In this document: in pieces, positions 1 to 9,711 of the stretch
Layout: the number at the start of each line of letters is the position of its first letter
Position numbering within the stretch: the first letter of the stretch is position 1
Assembly (NCBI GenBank): GCA_026646655.1
Contig: JAPKHT010000005.1
Location: forward strand, 23,956 to 87,955
Direction: 5' to 3'
DNA length: 64,000 nt
Source: Verrucomicrobiia bacterium
Lineage (GTDB): Bacteria > Verrucomicrobiota > Verrucomicrobiia > JADLBR01
Notes under the pieces: model-generated
What the model was told of the DNA's origin: nothing
The model's input: the letters and a program-made list of their open reading frames with translations, nothing else
Databases searched by the model: none
Translations under genes and position numbers: made by a program

Positions 1-99
1 TAGCGCGGTGGAGTGCGGTGCGTCCTCGCACCGCTTTGCGCCGAAGCGGGTGAGGAATTTTCATCCCTCGGTGGTCCGGCAGCCGCCGGACCAGGCGGG

Positions 100-1140
100 C
101 TACAATTTCCCGATCCGGCGGATTCCGGTTTCCCTCCTTGGCGAACGGCCGAAATGCCGTTTGAAGGCGGTGGCAAAATATTGGCCCGTGGCGAATCCGC
201 ATGCGTCCGCGATCTGCTTGATCGGCATCTCGGGATGATCGCGCAGGAGGCACGCGCCGCGCGCGAGGCGGAGGCGGTTGAGGAAGGCGAGGGGCGTCTC
301 GTTGGTGAGTTCCCTGCAGTACCGCGTGAACGCGGTGGGGCCGAGGCCGCACTGGCGCGCCATGTCCGGGACCGTCCACTGCCGCGCCAACTGGGCGACG
401 TCGCGCCCCAGCTCATCGAGGAAGATCTCGACGGTGCGCTCGCTGGACGTGAGGGATTCGTCCAGCCGCGGCCTGTGGCGGCGCAGGAGCTCCAGCAACA
501 GGACGAGCAGCTCGTTGATCAGCACGCACAGGCGTGAGCCGGGGGGCGCGGATTGGGCGGAATCGATCGCGCGGGCCATGCCGTCGAAACACTGGCGGAT
601 GCCGGGGCCGGCGGCCCAGACGGGAACCTCCTGGTGGCGCAGGAGGCGGGTGAGCTCGGCGAGATCCTCGCGGGTGAGGATGATCCACGACGGCCAGCGC
701 CACGGCTGATTGGGATGACGGACGCCGACGTCGAGGATGAGCCAGTGGAGGCGCCCGGGCCCGACGCACGGGTCGCCGACACGGTGCGGTTGCCATGGCC
801 GGGTGATGGTCAAAGCGCCCGGACGGAGGGTCTCCCTGGGATGGCCCTCGACGGCGAACGCGACGCGCCCGGACTCGAGGAAGGCGAGCTCGAGGCCCTC
901 GTTGCGATGCCAGTCCAGTCCCCAGTCCTGGGGGGCCGGGGCGTCCCAGTACCCGATGCTGCAGACGCCCCGGAGTTGGCCGGAGGGCAAGCGTCGCCCG
1001 GGGTACTGGAAGCGCGCGAGGGCGCGCAGCCGCACCGCGTTGGCCCGCTCGGCGCGGACGAGGGGCTCGCAGGCGTCGGCCGCATAGGTGTGGCCGCGAT
1101 CGCGGTAGACGGCGCCCCGGGTCTTAGCGCGCATGTTCAA
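100..1140 (-). CDS. AraC-family transcriptional regulator (cupin-like N-terminus, C-terminal HTH_AraC)
   Basis: 346-aa ORF. The C-terminus carries typical AraC HTH motifs (FTRYCRELTNETPLAFLNRLRLARGACLL...IADACGFATGQYFATAFKRHFGRSP). It is divergent from a sugar-isomerase gene. Confidence 0.8.
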   Translation of the reverse strand: MNMRAKTRGAVYRDRGHTYAADACEPLVRAERANAVRLRALARFQYPGRRLPSGQLRGVCSIGYWDAPAPQDWGLDWHRNEGLELAFLESGRVAFAVEGHPRETLRPGALTITRPWQPHRVGDPCVGPGRLHWLILDVGVRHPNQPWRWPSWIILTREDLAELTRLLRHQEVPVWAAGPGIRQCFDGMARAIDSAQSAPPGSRLCVLINELLVLLLELLRRHRPRLDESLTSSERTVEIFLDELGRDVAQLARQWTVPDMARQCGLGPTAFTRYCRELTNETPLAFLNRLRLARGACLLRDHPEMPIKQIADACGFATGQYFATAFKRHFGRSPRRETGIRRIGKL

Positions 1141-1253
1141 AATCCTTCACTGAACGACATTGCACCAAAACGGGCTGGCGGCGCAAGCGCGCGGGGTGGA
1201 GAGTGATTGGGTCCGGGCGCCGCGTCGGCGTTTGGCGCGGAAGGAGAAGCGAC

Positions 1254-2078
1254 ATGGCGAAGGTGGCGATAGGGATCAACATGGAGTTCGTGCGGCACGA
1301 CGACAAGTCGTTCGAGTGGGGCGTGGCGAAGGCCGCGGAACTCGGGTACGAGTACATCGAGCCGATGGTGCACTGGGGCCGGGAACTGCTGAGCGAGGCG
1401 GGATACTTCCACAGCGTGTCGATGCTGGACGACCCGCTGCGGCTGCGGCGCGCCTGCGAGAAGCACGGCGTGAAGATGTCGGGCCTGAGCGCGCACACCC
1501 CGCTGTGCAAGCCGGAGATCGGTGTCGAGTACCTGAAGCAGGCGGTGCGGTTTGCGGCGGAGGCGGGGGCTCCGGTGGTGAATACCGACGAGGGGCCGAA
1601 GCCCGATTGGACGACGTCGGCGGAGGACCATGTCCTGATGCGGTACACGCTCGCGGAGGCGGCGAAGGCGGCCGAGCCGCGCGGCATCCTGATCGGGATC
1701 GAGCCGCACCAGCAGTACAGCAAGACGCCCGAGGGCCTCGACCGCATCCAGGGGCTTGTCGATTCCCCCGCGGTGGGGATCAATTTCGACACGGGCAACA
1801 GCTACCTCGGCGGACAGGATCCGATCGCCTGGCTGGAGCGCGTGCTGGACCGGCTGGTGCACCTTCACGCGAAAGACATCTCGGTGGCGCAGTCCGCCGC
1901 CGAGCGGGGCAAGGTGACGGGGACGCCCGTGGGCTGCGCCTGCGGCGAGGGGGTCATCGACTGGGCCAAGGTGATAGCGATCTGCAAGAAGGCGCCGCGG
2001 GACATCGTGCTGTCGGTCGAATGCGGGACAGTCGATCAGGCGGCGAGGAGTATCGGGTACCTGAGGCGCTTGATGTAG
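1254..2078 (+). CDS. Sugar phosphate isomerase/epimerase (xylose isomerase-like TIM barrel)
   Basis: Start taken at MAKVAIGINMEF, preceded by an AAGGAG SD at 1240-1245. TIM-barrel AP-endonuclease/xylose-isomerase-like motifs (GYEYIE, GIEPH, HAKD). Confidence 0.75.
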   Translation: MAKVAIGINMEFVRHDDKSFEWGVAKAAELGYEYIEPMVHWGRELLSEAGYFHSVSMLDDPLRLRRACEKHGVKMSGLSAHTPLCKPEIGVEYLKQAVRFAAEAGAPVVNTDEGPKPDWTTSAEDHVLMRYTLAEAAKAAEPRGILIGIEPHQQYSKTPEGLDRIQGLVDSPAVGINFDTGNSYLGGQDPIAWLERVLDRLVHLHAKDISVAQSAAERGKVTGTPVGCACGEGVIDWAKVIAICKKAPRDIVLSVECGTVDQAARSIGYLRRLM

Positions 2079-2172
2079 CCGCGCCGGTGACGGCGCGGTG
2101 CGCGCGGGACCGGCGATTTTGAACAGAAGGCAGCGGAGACAGCGAAGGGTGGAATCAGGAGAGGATCGAGTT

Positions 2173-3489
2173 ATGGGACAGCAAGACATGCGTATAGGCG
2201 AGGATGGCGGGCTGACCCGCAGGGGATTTATCGGCAAGGCCGGCGCGGCCGCGGCCGCGGCGGGCGTGGGGCCGTTCTTCGTGATGGGCGAGGAGGCCAA
2301 GGGCGCGAACGAGAAGATCGGGGTCGGATTCATCGGGTGCGGGGGCCGGGCGGGCGCGCACATGAGGCTGGTGAAGCAACTGCAGGAGGCCGGTTATCCG
2401 GTGGAGCCGGTCGCGGTCTGCGACACCTTCAAGCCGCGCCGGGAGCGCGCGATGCAGGCCCTCGGGGTCACCAGGGCCTATGCGGATCACAAGGCCCTGT
2501 TAGCCGATCTTAGCGTGGACCTGGTGTGCATCGCGACGCCTGACCACATCCACGGCCATCAGGCGCTCGACGCGATCGCGGCCGGGAAGGATGTCTATTG
2601 CGAGAAACCGGTGACGCACTGGCGGCAGTTCGAATTGACGAAGAGACTGGCGGACGCGGTCGCGAAGTCGGACCGGGTGTTCCAGTTGGGCACGCAGGCG
2701 ATGAGCGACCCGGTGTGGCGGCAGATGAAGAAACTGGTGAAGGAGGGGCTCATCGGGCAGCCCGTGCACGCCGAGGGAGGCTATTTCCGGACGGGCGATT
2801 TCGGGGAGCGCGGCATGAAGGTGGACGATGCCGAAGTGAGACCCGGGGAGGACCTGAACTGGGAGGCGTTCCTCGGGGACTCGCCGGGGCGGGAGTTCAG
2901 CGCGGACCGCTATTTCCGGTGGCGGCTCTTCGAGGATTACGCGGGCGGCCCGGTGACGGATCTTTACCCGCACAGCCTGACTCAGGTGGTCGATATCATG
3001 GGGCTGGGTTTTCCCGAGAGGGTCACGGGCATGGGCTCGATCGACCGGTACGATTATGAGCTGCGCGAGGTGCCGGACAGTTTTCAGCTGATCGCGCACT
3101 ATCCGGAGAAGGTGACGGTTGTCGGGATGGGGACGCAGGCGAACGATTTCACGGGGGCGACGCGGCGCGGTTCTGGGGCCAGGTGCCCGATCATCCGCGG
3201 CTGGGAGGGGGCCCTGCACATCGACGAGAATAACAAGGAGATCGTCTTCATGCCGGTGCGCGAGAAGGGAGCCAAGCCGCCGCAGCGCATCCCGATCGAG
3301 GGCGGCGAGGACAACGCGGAGCATTGGCGGAACTTGCTAGACGCCTGCCGGGCGCGAAAGAAGGACGACGTGTGGAGTCCGATGGATCTGGCGTTCCGGG
3401 TCCAGACGATGCTCCAGATGGCGATGCTCTCCCACAAGGCGGGGAAGGTCGCGAGGTTCGATGCGGCCAAGCGCGAGATCGTGATCTGA
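2173..3489 (+). CDS. Gfo/Idh/MocA family NAD(P)-dependent oxidoreductase, Tat-exported
   Basis: Tat motif TRRGFIGKAGAAAAAAGV. Rossmann motif GVGFIGCGGRAGAH. AGGAGAGG SD before the ATG at 2173. Confidence 0.85.
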   Translation: MGQQDMRIGEDGGLTRRGFIGKAGAAAAAAGVGPFFVMGEEAKGANEKIGVGFIGCGGRAGAHMRLVKQLQEAGYPVEPVAVCDTFKPRRERAMQALGVTRAYADHKALLADLSVDLVCIATPDHIHGHQALDAIAAGKDVYCEKPVTHWRQFELTKRLADAVAKSDRVFQLGTQAMSDPVWRQMKKLVKEGLIGQPVHAEGGYFRTGDFGERGMKVDDAEVRPGEDLNWEAFLGDSPGREFSADRYFRWRLFEDYAGGPVTDLYPHSLTQVVDIMGLGFPERVTGMGSIDRYDYELREVPDSFQLIAHYPEKVTVVGMGTQANDFTGATRRGSGARCPIIRGWEGALHIDENNKEIVFMPVREKGAKPPQRIPIEGGEDNAEHWRNLLDACRARKKDDVWSPMDLAFRVQTMLQMAMLSHKAGKVARFDAAKREIVI

Positions 3490-3674
3490 ACGGTGGGGAG
3501 AGAATGCGCGGGTTTGACGGGGGCCGAGGCGTGGGGGAAAGCGGTGTGGGGACGCACCGCACTCCAAAGGCCTGCGGCCGAAATGTTGTCCGGGCCGGGG
3601 ATGGCGGACAAATCTCGGGATGCCGCGGAATTTCGGGTGAAGCGCTCTGGGGTGCGGCGGGTCCCCGCGCCGCT

Positions 3675-4565
3675 TTGTCCGAGGGAAGAGAAAGACGGCG
3701 GGACTTTCTGCGGCGTCTGGGGGGCGGCGGCCTTGCCTTCGCCTGCGCGGGGTTGGCGCCCTCGTGCGGGGGGGGGCGGTCGCGGGGGCGCCCGCTGCGG
3801 CTGGCGCTATCCTCGGTGATGTTCTCCGAGGAACCGATCGAGCGGGTGTGCGCGCGGGCCAAGCGGATGGGGTTCGACGGGATCGACATCTGGTGCCCGT
3901 TTGGGCGATGCCGCCATCTGGATGATGTCCTCGAGCGGCTGGGGCCGGAGGGCTTGGGGCGGGTGCTGTCGGCGAACGGATTGGCGCTGAGCAATATCAC
4001 GGTGTACAAGGTGGGGTTCTCCCGTTACGCGGAACTGCTCGGCGGGATGGGCGGCGGGCTGGTGGTGCGCGAATCGCAATATGGCAGGGTCGCCCCGGGG
4101 GAGGTTCGCGGGCGGATCGGGGCGCTGTTCGAATCGCTCAAGCCCGACATCGCGTTGGCGGAGAAGCACGGGTGTCGCCTTGCGATCGAGAATCATTCGG
4201 GGGCCATCCTGAATTCGCCAGACTCGTTTCGCGCCTTCATGGAGATGAACCCTTCGCCGGGGCGCGTGGGGATCGCGCTGGCGCCGTACCACCTGCAGAA
4301 GGGCGGGTTTTCGGTGGAGGAGGTGATCGCCGTCTGCGGATCGCAGATCTGGTTTGTGTACGCGTGGCAGCACGCCGAGGGTGCGGGGCAGTTGCCGGGT
4401 GGCGGGCCGGCGGACTTCCGCCCGTGGCTGAAGGCGCTTGGCGATTCCGGGTACTCGGGATTTCTGAGCCCGTTCACGCATGGCGAAATGGGGGCCGACG
4501 CGATGGAGACCGCGGTGACGAAAGCGTGCGGGTACCTGGATGGCTGCATGGGGGTTGGAGGATAA
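3675..4565 (+). CDS. Sugar phosphate isomerase/epimerase (TIM barrel), Tat signal; start uncertain (TTG 3675, or ATG 3504)
   Basis: Tat motif RRDFLRRLGGGGLAFACAGLAPSC. TIM-barrel motifs (GFDGIDIW, LAIENH). The TTG at 3675 gives a normal-length signal peptide; the upstream ATG at 3504 would give a 60-aa n-region. Confidence 0.65.
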   Translation: MSEGRERRRDFLRRLGGGGLAFACAGLAPSCGGGRSRGRPLRLALSSVMFSEEPIERVCARAKRMGFDGIDIWCPFGRCRHLDDVLERLGPEGLGRVLSANGLALSNITVYKVGFSRYAELLGGMGGGLVVRESQYGRVAPGEVRGRIGALFESLKPDIALAEKHGCRLAIENHSGAILNSPDSFRAFMEMNPSPGRVGIALAPYHLQKGGFSVEEVIAVCGSQIWFVYAWQHAEGAGQLPGGGPADFRPWLKALGDSGYSGFLSPFTHGEMGADAMETAVTKACGYLDGCMGVGG

Positions 4566-4571
4566 CCACGG

Positions 4572-7500
4572 ATGAAGACGGATGGACTCGGATGGAGGTG
4601 GGTGCGCCAGAGAAAGTGTAGCCGAGCGCGTGAGCGCTTGGCCGACGGGGTTGGTGTTGGGCCGGGCCAAACGCTGACGCGTTCGGCTGCGCTGGCCACC
4701 TGGGCGCTCGTGGCGTGGTGCGTGTTTTCGGTTGCCGATGCCGCGCCCGCAAAGGTGCTCTTGTTCTCTGGGCAGAACAACCACGCCTGGGAGAAGACGA
4801 CGCCGGTGCTGAGGGGAATCCTCGAAGATGCGGGGGCCTGTTCGGTGGAGGTGACGGAGGCGCCGCAGGATCTCGATCCGGCGGGGCTGAAGGGCTTCGA
4901 TGTCATCGTCAGCAACTGGAACGCGTGGGGGGCCAAGGGCAAGGGGGCGGCGGTGGCGGATTGGCCGGAGGCGCTGAAGAAGGCGTACGTGGAATTCGTG
5001 GCGTCCGGCGGGGGGCACGTGGCGGTGCACGCGGGCACGTCGTCCTTCGAGGGCTGGGAGGATTACCAGCGGATCTGCGGGGCGACGTGGGGCCTGGGGC
5101 AGACGAGCCATGGCCCGCCGCACGAGTTCGAGGTGCGGGTGGACGACCCATCGCACCCGATCACGCGGGGTTTGGCGGCATTTCGTACGACGGACGAACT
5201 GTGGAATCGCCCCAAGGTGCAGCCGGGATTCCGGGCGATCGCCTCGTCGTTCTCGGAGACGGACCACAAGGGGACGGGGGAATGGGAGCCGACGGCGATC
5301 GTGGGGACCTTTGGGCGGGGCAGGTGCTACGCGCTTCTGCTCGGTCACGATGCGACCGCAATGGGCAACCCGGGATTCAAGGAACTGCTCCGGCGTGGCG
5401 TGGCTTGGGCCGCGGCAGGCAAGGCGGAAGCCGCGGCGGGGAAGGCCGTCCCGGCCTTACGGGACTGGACTCCTGACCAAGGGCTGGCGCCATTCAACGA
5501 GGCGGCCCGGGCGGTGCAGGCCGCCGGCAACGATCCGGCGGGTCGCGCCGAGGTGGCCAAGAAATTGGCGGGGCTATTGGGCGAGCCGGTGCCCGCGGCG
5601 GTGAAGAAGTTCGCCTGCGAGCAGCTGGCGGTCGTGGGAGGGGAGGCGGAGGCGGGGGCGCTCTGCGCGCTGCTGGGTGACGAGGCGCTGGAGACGCCGG
5701 CGAGGGGCGCGCTGGAACGGATTGGTGGACAGAGGGTGGCGGCGCTGCTGCGCGAAGCGTATTCGAGGGCGGAAACACCTGCGCGACGAGCCGGGATCCT
5801 CGGAAGCCTGGCGAAGCTCGGGGACGCGCGGGCGGTGCCTTTGGCGGCCGGGGCGCTGGCGTCGGAGGACGGGGTGCTGCGTGCGGCGGCGATGGTGGCG
5901 CTGGGGCAGATCGGCGGGGAGGCGGCCGCGGGCGCGCTGCTCGGGATCGAGGGGAGCCTGGGCGACGCGGACAAAATGCCGTGGGGCGGCGCTCTGCTGG
6001 CATGCGCCGAGGGGATGGGACCCGCGCAAGGCGGGAGGATTCTGGATCGTCTGGTGAAAGTGGGTCGACCCGCGAGCATCCGTGCCGCGGCGCTCGCGGC
6101 GAAGATCCGGCTGGCGGACCAGGGGGGGTTGGCTCTGGCTGTCCGCGCGCTGCGGGGCGCGGATGAGGCGTTGCGGCGGGGGGCACTCGATGCATTGAGG
6201 GCGGACCGGGGCGCGAGATTGCGGGCATGGCAAGGGGCCATCGCACGAGCGGTGGGCGAGTTTGCCGAGCCGGTGCGCCTGGCGGTGCTGGATGCATATG
6301 TCGCCAATCGCATCCGGGGGGGAGCCCTGCTGGCCGAGGGCTTGGCGAGATCCAAGGATCCCGCCGCTCGCGGTGCGGGTCTGCGCGCGCTTGGCGAGCT
6401 GGGGTCGGAGCCCTATTTCGACATCCTGTTTGATCATCTGGTGGGCGAATCACCGGAAGACCGTGCCGCGGCGACCGACGGATTGGCGGTATTGCGGGCG
6501 GCGTCCACCGACGGGCGACTCATCGCGTTGCTCGAAACGGTTAATCCGACCGCAGCACCCGCGGTGGTCGAAGTGCTGCGGCGCCGGGGCACGACGTCTG
6601 CCGTGCCCGCGCTGTTGACCTTGGCGCGCGGCGGGGATGCCGAGACCGCCAAGGCCGCGGCGCGAGCGGCCGGTGAACTCGGGGGCCCGGCGGCGATCCC
6701 GGGGCTCGCGGATGTCATCTCGAAAGGCGGGCCCGGTGCACAGAGCGCGGCTCAAGTGCTGGCGAAGATCGCCCGGGCGGAACCGGAGGTGGCGAAGGCG
6801 CGGCTGGCGATTGCCATTCCCATGGCGCCGGAATCCGCGCGGGAGACCTTCGGCAAGATACTGGCGCTCGTGGATGGTTCGGCAAAGGGCGGCAGCGCGG
6901 CGGTGCCGGGACTCGGGCGGAATCTGGCGGTGGGCGCCCAGGCCGAAAGCCCGACGGGACTCAAGGCGGACGGTGCCGCCGGCGGGCCGGGCGCCGCCGT
7001 GGATGGCGACCCGGCGACCTATTGGGACGAGCAGAACGGCCAACCGGAGTACCGATTGCGGGTCACGCTGAAAGAGGAGGCGACCGTCTCGAGGTTGCGG
7101 ATCACGGGCTACCGGCACCACGAATTCTCGGCCAGGGATCTCGCGGTGCTGTGCAACGGGCGAGAGGTCAAGAGGGTCGCGGACGCCACGTACGATAACA
7201 ATCAACTGCTATTACAATTTCCAGAAACCCCCTGCAAAGTCGTCGAGCTGCGCATCACGGCCTATTACGGGGGCAGCCCGGCGATCAGGGAACTGGAGAT
7301 CTTTGGCGATGCGGCGCGGAAAGAGGGGGCGAAGGTGCCGGGGGTGCCCTCGGCGGGCGGAGGCCTTTCCTGGGAGAAGGGCGATGATTCCGTGGCGCTG
7401 CTGTCGGCAGGCAAACCGGTGTGGCGGCTCACGCATGGGGCGAAGGAGCCATTCCCCTATTTTGATCCGCTGGGCCTCGTCGGCGGCGGGAATCTGGTGT

Positions 7501-8240
7501 GGAAGAGCCCGCCGGATCACATCCATCATTACGCGCACTGGTTCTCGTGGAAGGTGATCAACGGGGTGAACTACTGGGAATTCGACAAGGCGACGGGCCG
7601 TCCGGTGGGGGTGACGCGGTGCGCGGATGTGAGGCCCGAGACCCGGCCCGACGGTTCGGCGCGGATTGCGATGAGGCTGGCGTATGAGCCGTCCGGGGGA
7701 AAGGCGGTGCTGACCGAGGATAGGATCCTCGACATCTCCGCGCCTGCGGCCGACGGGGGCTACCGGATCGACTGGCGCATGGAATGGACCGCGGCAGATG
7801 AGCCCGTCGTGCTGGATCGGACGCCGCCCCCGGGCGAGCCGGATGGCAAACCGCACGGGGGCTACGCGGGGCTATCGGTGCGATTCTCGAAGGAATTCAC
7901 GGATTGGACCGTCGTCGACAGCGGGGGCGTCCAGGCGATGGACGGTCACCGGAAACGGGCGGCGGCCTCCGAATTTGGCGGGAAGATCGGCGGCAGGGAG
8001 TGCGGGGTCGCGATACTCGATCACCCGGAGAACCCGAACGCGCCGACGCCCTGGTTCTACGTGATCAACCCGGCGGTGCCGTTCGGGTACACGAATCCCG
8101 CCTTCCTGTGCGACTCGCCCAAGCGCATCGAGGCGCGCGGGAAATTGCTGTTGCGTTATCGCGTGATATTGCACGCGGGGCGCTGGGATCCCGGCGCATT
8201 GCGGGCGGCGGTCGCGGCGTACGCGAAGGAGGTGCGATGA
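4572..8240 (+). CDS. Large multidomain secreted protein: ThuA-like (class I glutamine-amidotransferase-like) N-domain, HEAT/PBS-lyase repeats, F5/8-type-C discoidin domain, C-terminal PmoA-like (DUF6807-type) domain
   Basis: 1222-aa ORF with a GGAGGA SD before the ATG at 4572. Domain motifs read directly: KVLLFSGQNNHAWEK...GGGHVAVHAG (ThuA-like), repeated ...ALG.IGGEAAAGALL (HEAT-like), GDPATYWDE...LRITGY (discoidin), HHYAHWFSWKVINGVNYWEF (PmoA-like). The 5' 130 nt contain a full repeat-A copy, so the true start is uncertain. Confidence 0.8.
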   Translation: MKTDGLGWRWVRQRKCSRARERLADGVGVGPGQTLTRSAALATWALVAWCVFSVADAAPAKVLLFSGQNNHAWEKTTPVLRGILEDAGACSVEVTEAPQDLDPAGLKGFDVIVSNWNAWGAKGKGAAVADWPEALKKAYVEFVASGGGHVAVHAGTSSFEGWEDYQRICGATWGLGQTSHGPPHEFEVRVDDPSHPITRGLAAFRTTDELWNRPKVQPGFRAIASSFSETDHKGTGEWEPTAIVGTFGRGRCYALLLGHDATAMGNPGFKELLRRGVAWAAAGKAEAAAGKAVPALRDWTPDQGLAPFNEAARAVQAAGNDPAGRAEVAKKLAGLLGEPVPAAVKKFACEQLAVVGGEAEAGALCALLGDEALETPARGALERIGGQRVAALLREAYSRAETPARRAGILGSLAKLGDARAVPLAAGALASEDGVLRAAAMVALGQIGGEAAAGALLGIEGSLGDADKMPWGGALLACAEGMGPAQGGRILDRLVKVGRPASIRAAALAAKIRLADQGGLALAVRALRGADEALRRGALDALRADRGARLRAWQGAIARAVGEFAEPVRLAVLDAYVANRIRGGALLAEGLARSKDPAARGAGLRALGELGSEPYFDILFDHLVGESPEDRAAATDGLAVLRAASTDGRLIALLETVNPTAAPAVVEVLRRRGTTSAVPALLTLARGGDAETAKAAARAAGELGGPAAIPGLADVISKGGPGAQSAAQVLAKIARAEPEVAKARLAIAIPMAPESARETFGKILALVDGSAKGGSAAVPGLGRNLAVGAQAESPTGLKADGAAGGPGAAVDGDPATYWDEQNGQPEYRLRVTLKEEATVSRLRITGYRHHEFSARDLAVLCNGREVKRVADATYDNNQLLLQFPETPCKVVELRITAYYGGSPAIRELEIFGDAARKEGAKVPGVPSAGGGLSWEKGDDSVALLSAGKPVWRLTHGAKEPFPYFDPLGLVGGGNLVWKSPPDHIHHYAHWFSWKVINGVNYWEFDKATGRPVGVTRCADVRPETRPDGSARIAMRLAYEPSGGKAVLTEDRILDISAPAADGGYRIDWRMEWTAADEPVVLDRTPPPGEPDGKPHGGYAGLSVRFSKEFTDWTVVDSGGVQAMDGHRKRAAASEFGGKIGGRECGVAILDHPENPNAPTPWFYVINPAVPFGYTNPAFLCDSPKRIEARGKLLLRYRVILHAGRWDPGALRAAVAAYAKEVR
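4612..4700 (-). repeat. Dispersed repeat family A, copy 11 (reverse, full length) inside the 5' end of the 4572-8240 ORF
   Basis: gaaagtgtagccgagcgcgtgagcgcttggccgacggggttggtgttgggccgggccaaacgctgacgcgttcggctgcgctggcc. Compare with copy 7. Confidence 0.75.
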
Positions 8241-8295
8241 AAAGCATGGGCGCGGGGATGGTGGCCGAACGCACGGGCGTCTGGCCGGGGAGGCA

Positions 8296-8336
8296 GGTGG
8301 ATCGGCCCAAACGCTTGGCGCGTTCGGCTACGTGCG
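8296..8336 (-). repeat. Partial repeat family A core (second palindrome only)
   Basis: ggcccaaacgcttggcgcgttcggctacgtgcg, between the 1222-aa gene and the preferred Gfo/Idh/MocA start. Confidence 0.6.
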
Positions 8337-8338
8337 AG

Positions 8339-9703
8339 ATGCTCGAATCGCCGGATGGGGGGACTCGCGCCACGCATTCCCGGCGGACGTTTCTCGGGCG
8401 CGGGTTTGCGGCGCTCGGTTTCCCGATGATCGTGCCGGCCCGTGTGCTGGGCGGCCCGGGGGCCCCGTCGAATCGCGTGACCCTGGCGGCGATCGGCTGC
8501 GGCGGGCGCGGGGGTGCGGTGCATCGTGGGATGGCGTCGCTGGAGGGGGTGCAGTACCTCGCGGCGGTGGATCCTTTCAGGGATCGGCGCGAGCGTTTCG
8601 TGCAAACGCTGGATGAGCAGTCCAGGTACGGGGCGGCGGCGAAGCCATGCGCGGATTTTCGGGAGGCGCTGGCGCGGGGAGACATCGATGCGGTGGTGGT
8701 GTGCACCCCGGATCACTGGCATGTGCCGATCGCGATCGCGGCGGCGCGCGCGGGCAAGGACATGTATGTGGAGAAGCCGCTGGGGGTGAGCCTGCGCTGG
8801 GCCAAGGTGTTGCGCGAGGAGGCGGGGCGCCACGGGATCGTTTTCCAGTATGGCACGCAGCAGCGATCGGACCCGAAGTTCCGGTTCGCGTGCGAGCTGG
8901 TGCGCAATGGCCGCATCGGGGAACTGAGGCGCATCGAGGCATGGTGCGCCGACATCTCGAGCCAGTATCAGGCGTTTCACGTCAAAGAGTTCGGGTCGAC
9001 GGAGGAGGTCCCGGTGCCCGAGGGTTTCGACTACGACCTGTGGCTGGGGCCGGCTCCGCCCGCGCCCTTTACGGTGGATCGGTGCACCAGTTACGGGGCG
9101 TGGCACATCTACGACTATGCGCTGGGCTTCATCGCGGGATGGGGCGCGCACCCTCTGGACATCGCGCAGTGGGGCAAGGACGCCGACCACACGGGCCCGG
9201 TGGAGTATTGGGGCACCGGGACCTTGCCCTCAAAGGGCCTGTACGACACGGTCAGCTCGTGGGACGTGATGTGCCGGTATGCCGACGGGATCGAGATGCG
9301 TTTCATGGACCACCGGGCGGCGCGCGAGGTCGTCGCAAAATATCGGACGGCGTCCGACCATGGGACGACGTTTTTCGGCACTCGCGGGTGGGTCAGCGTG
9401 GACCGGAGGGCGGTGCACGCCAGCGATCCGGCCTGGCTGCGGACGAAGTTTGGGCCCGGCGACTCGCGGCTGTACGATAGCCCACGGCACGACCAGAACT
9501 TCATCGATTGCGCGCGGAGTCGTCGGCCGACCATCTGCACGCTGGAGGCCGCGATTCGGTCGGACACGATATCCCATTTGAGCGACATCGCCGTCCGCAC
9601 GGGACGGAAGATCGCCTGGGATCCCGTGAGAGAGGAGGTCGTCGGCGACGGGGCGGCGGCGAGGATGCTGGATCGGCCCGCGCGGGGGCCGTGGGTGGTG
9701 TAG
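8339..9703 (+). CDS. Gfo/Idh/MocA family oxidoreductase, Tat-exported (alternative start 8237)
   Basis: Tat motif SRRTFLGRGFAALGFPMIVPA. Rossmann motif AAIGCGGRGGAVH. The ATG at 8339 gives a 14-aa n-region. The upstream ATG at 8237 has an AAGGAGG SD but would place a repeat-A palindrome inside the CDS. Confidence 0.8.
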   Translation: MLESPDGGTRATHSRRTFLGRGFAALGFPMIVPARVLGGPGAPSNRVTLAAIGCGGRGGAVHRGMASLEGVQYLAAVDPFRDRRERFVQTLDEQSRYGAAAKPCADFREALARGDIDAVVVCTPDHWHVPIAIAAARAGKDMYVEKPLGVSLRWAKVLREEAGRHGIVFQYGTQQRSDPKFRFACELVRNGRIGELRRIEAWCADISSQYQAFHVKEFGSTEEVPVPEGFDYDLWLGPAPPAPFTVDRCTSYGAWHIYDYALGFIAGWGAHPLDIAQWGKDADHTGPVEYWGTGTLPSKGLYDTVSSWDVMCRYADGIEMRFMDHRAAREVVAKYRTASDHGTTFFGTRGWVSVDRRAVHASDPAWLRTKFGPGDSRLYDSPRHDQNFIDCARSRRPTICTLEAAIRSDTISHLSDIAVRTGRKIAWDPVREEVVGDGAAARMLDRPARGPWVV

Positions 9704-9711
9704 GGCAAATG

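Noticed and set aside
1137-2363. Long antisense ORFs opposite real genes (for example 1137-2363 -, 3807-5348 -, 5345-6453 -, 22108-25230 -, 34242-36161 -, 36059-39679 -)
   Set aside because: These are high-GC artefacts. They are Arg/Pro/Ala-rich, lack SD and start context, and fully overlap genes with clear conserved motifs on the other strand.
8237-8338. Upstream ATG at 8237 with an AAGGAGG SD as the Gfo/Idh/MocA start
   Set aside because: It would create a 48-aa n-region before the Tat motif and place a repeat-A palindrome inside the CDS. The SD-like sequence is also the coding sequence of the upstream gene's C-terminus (KEV). It is kept as an alternative only.
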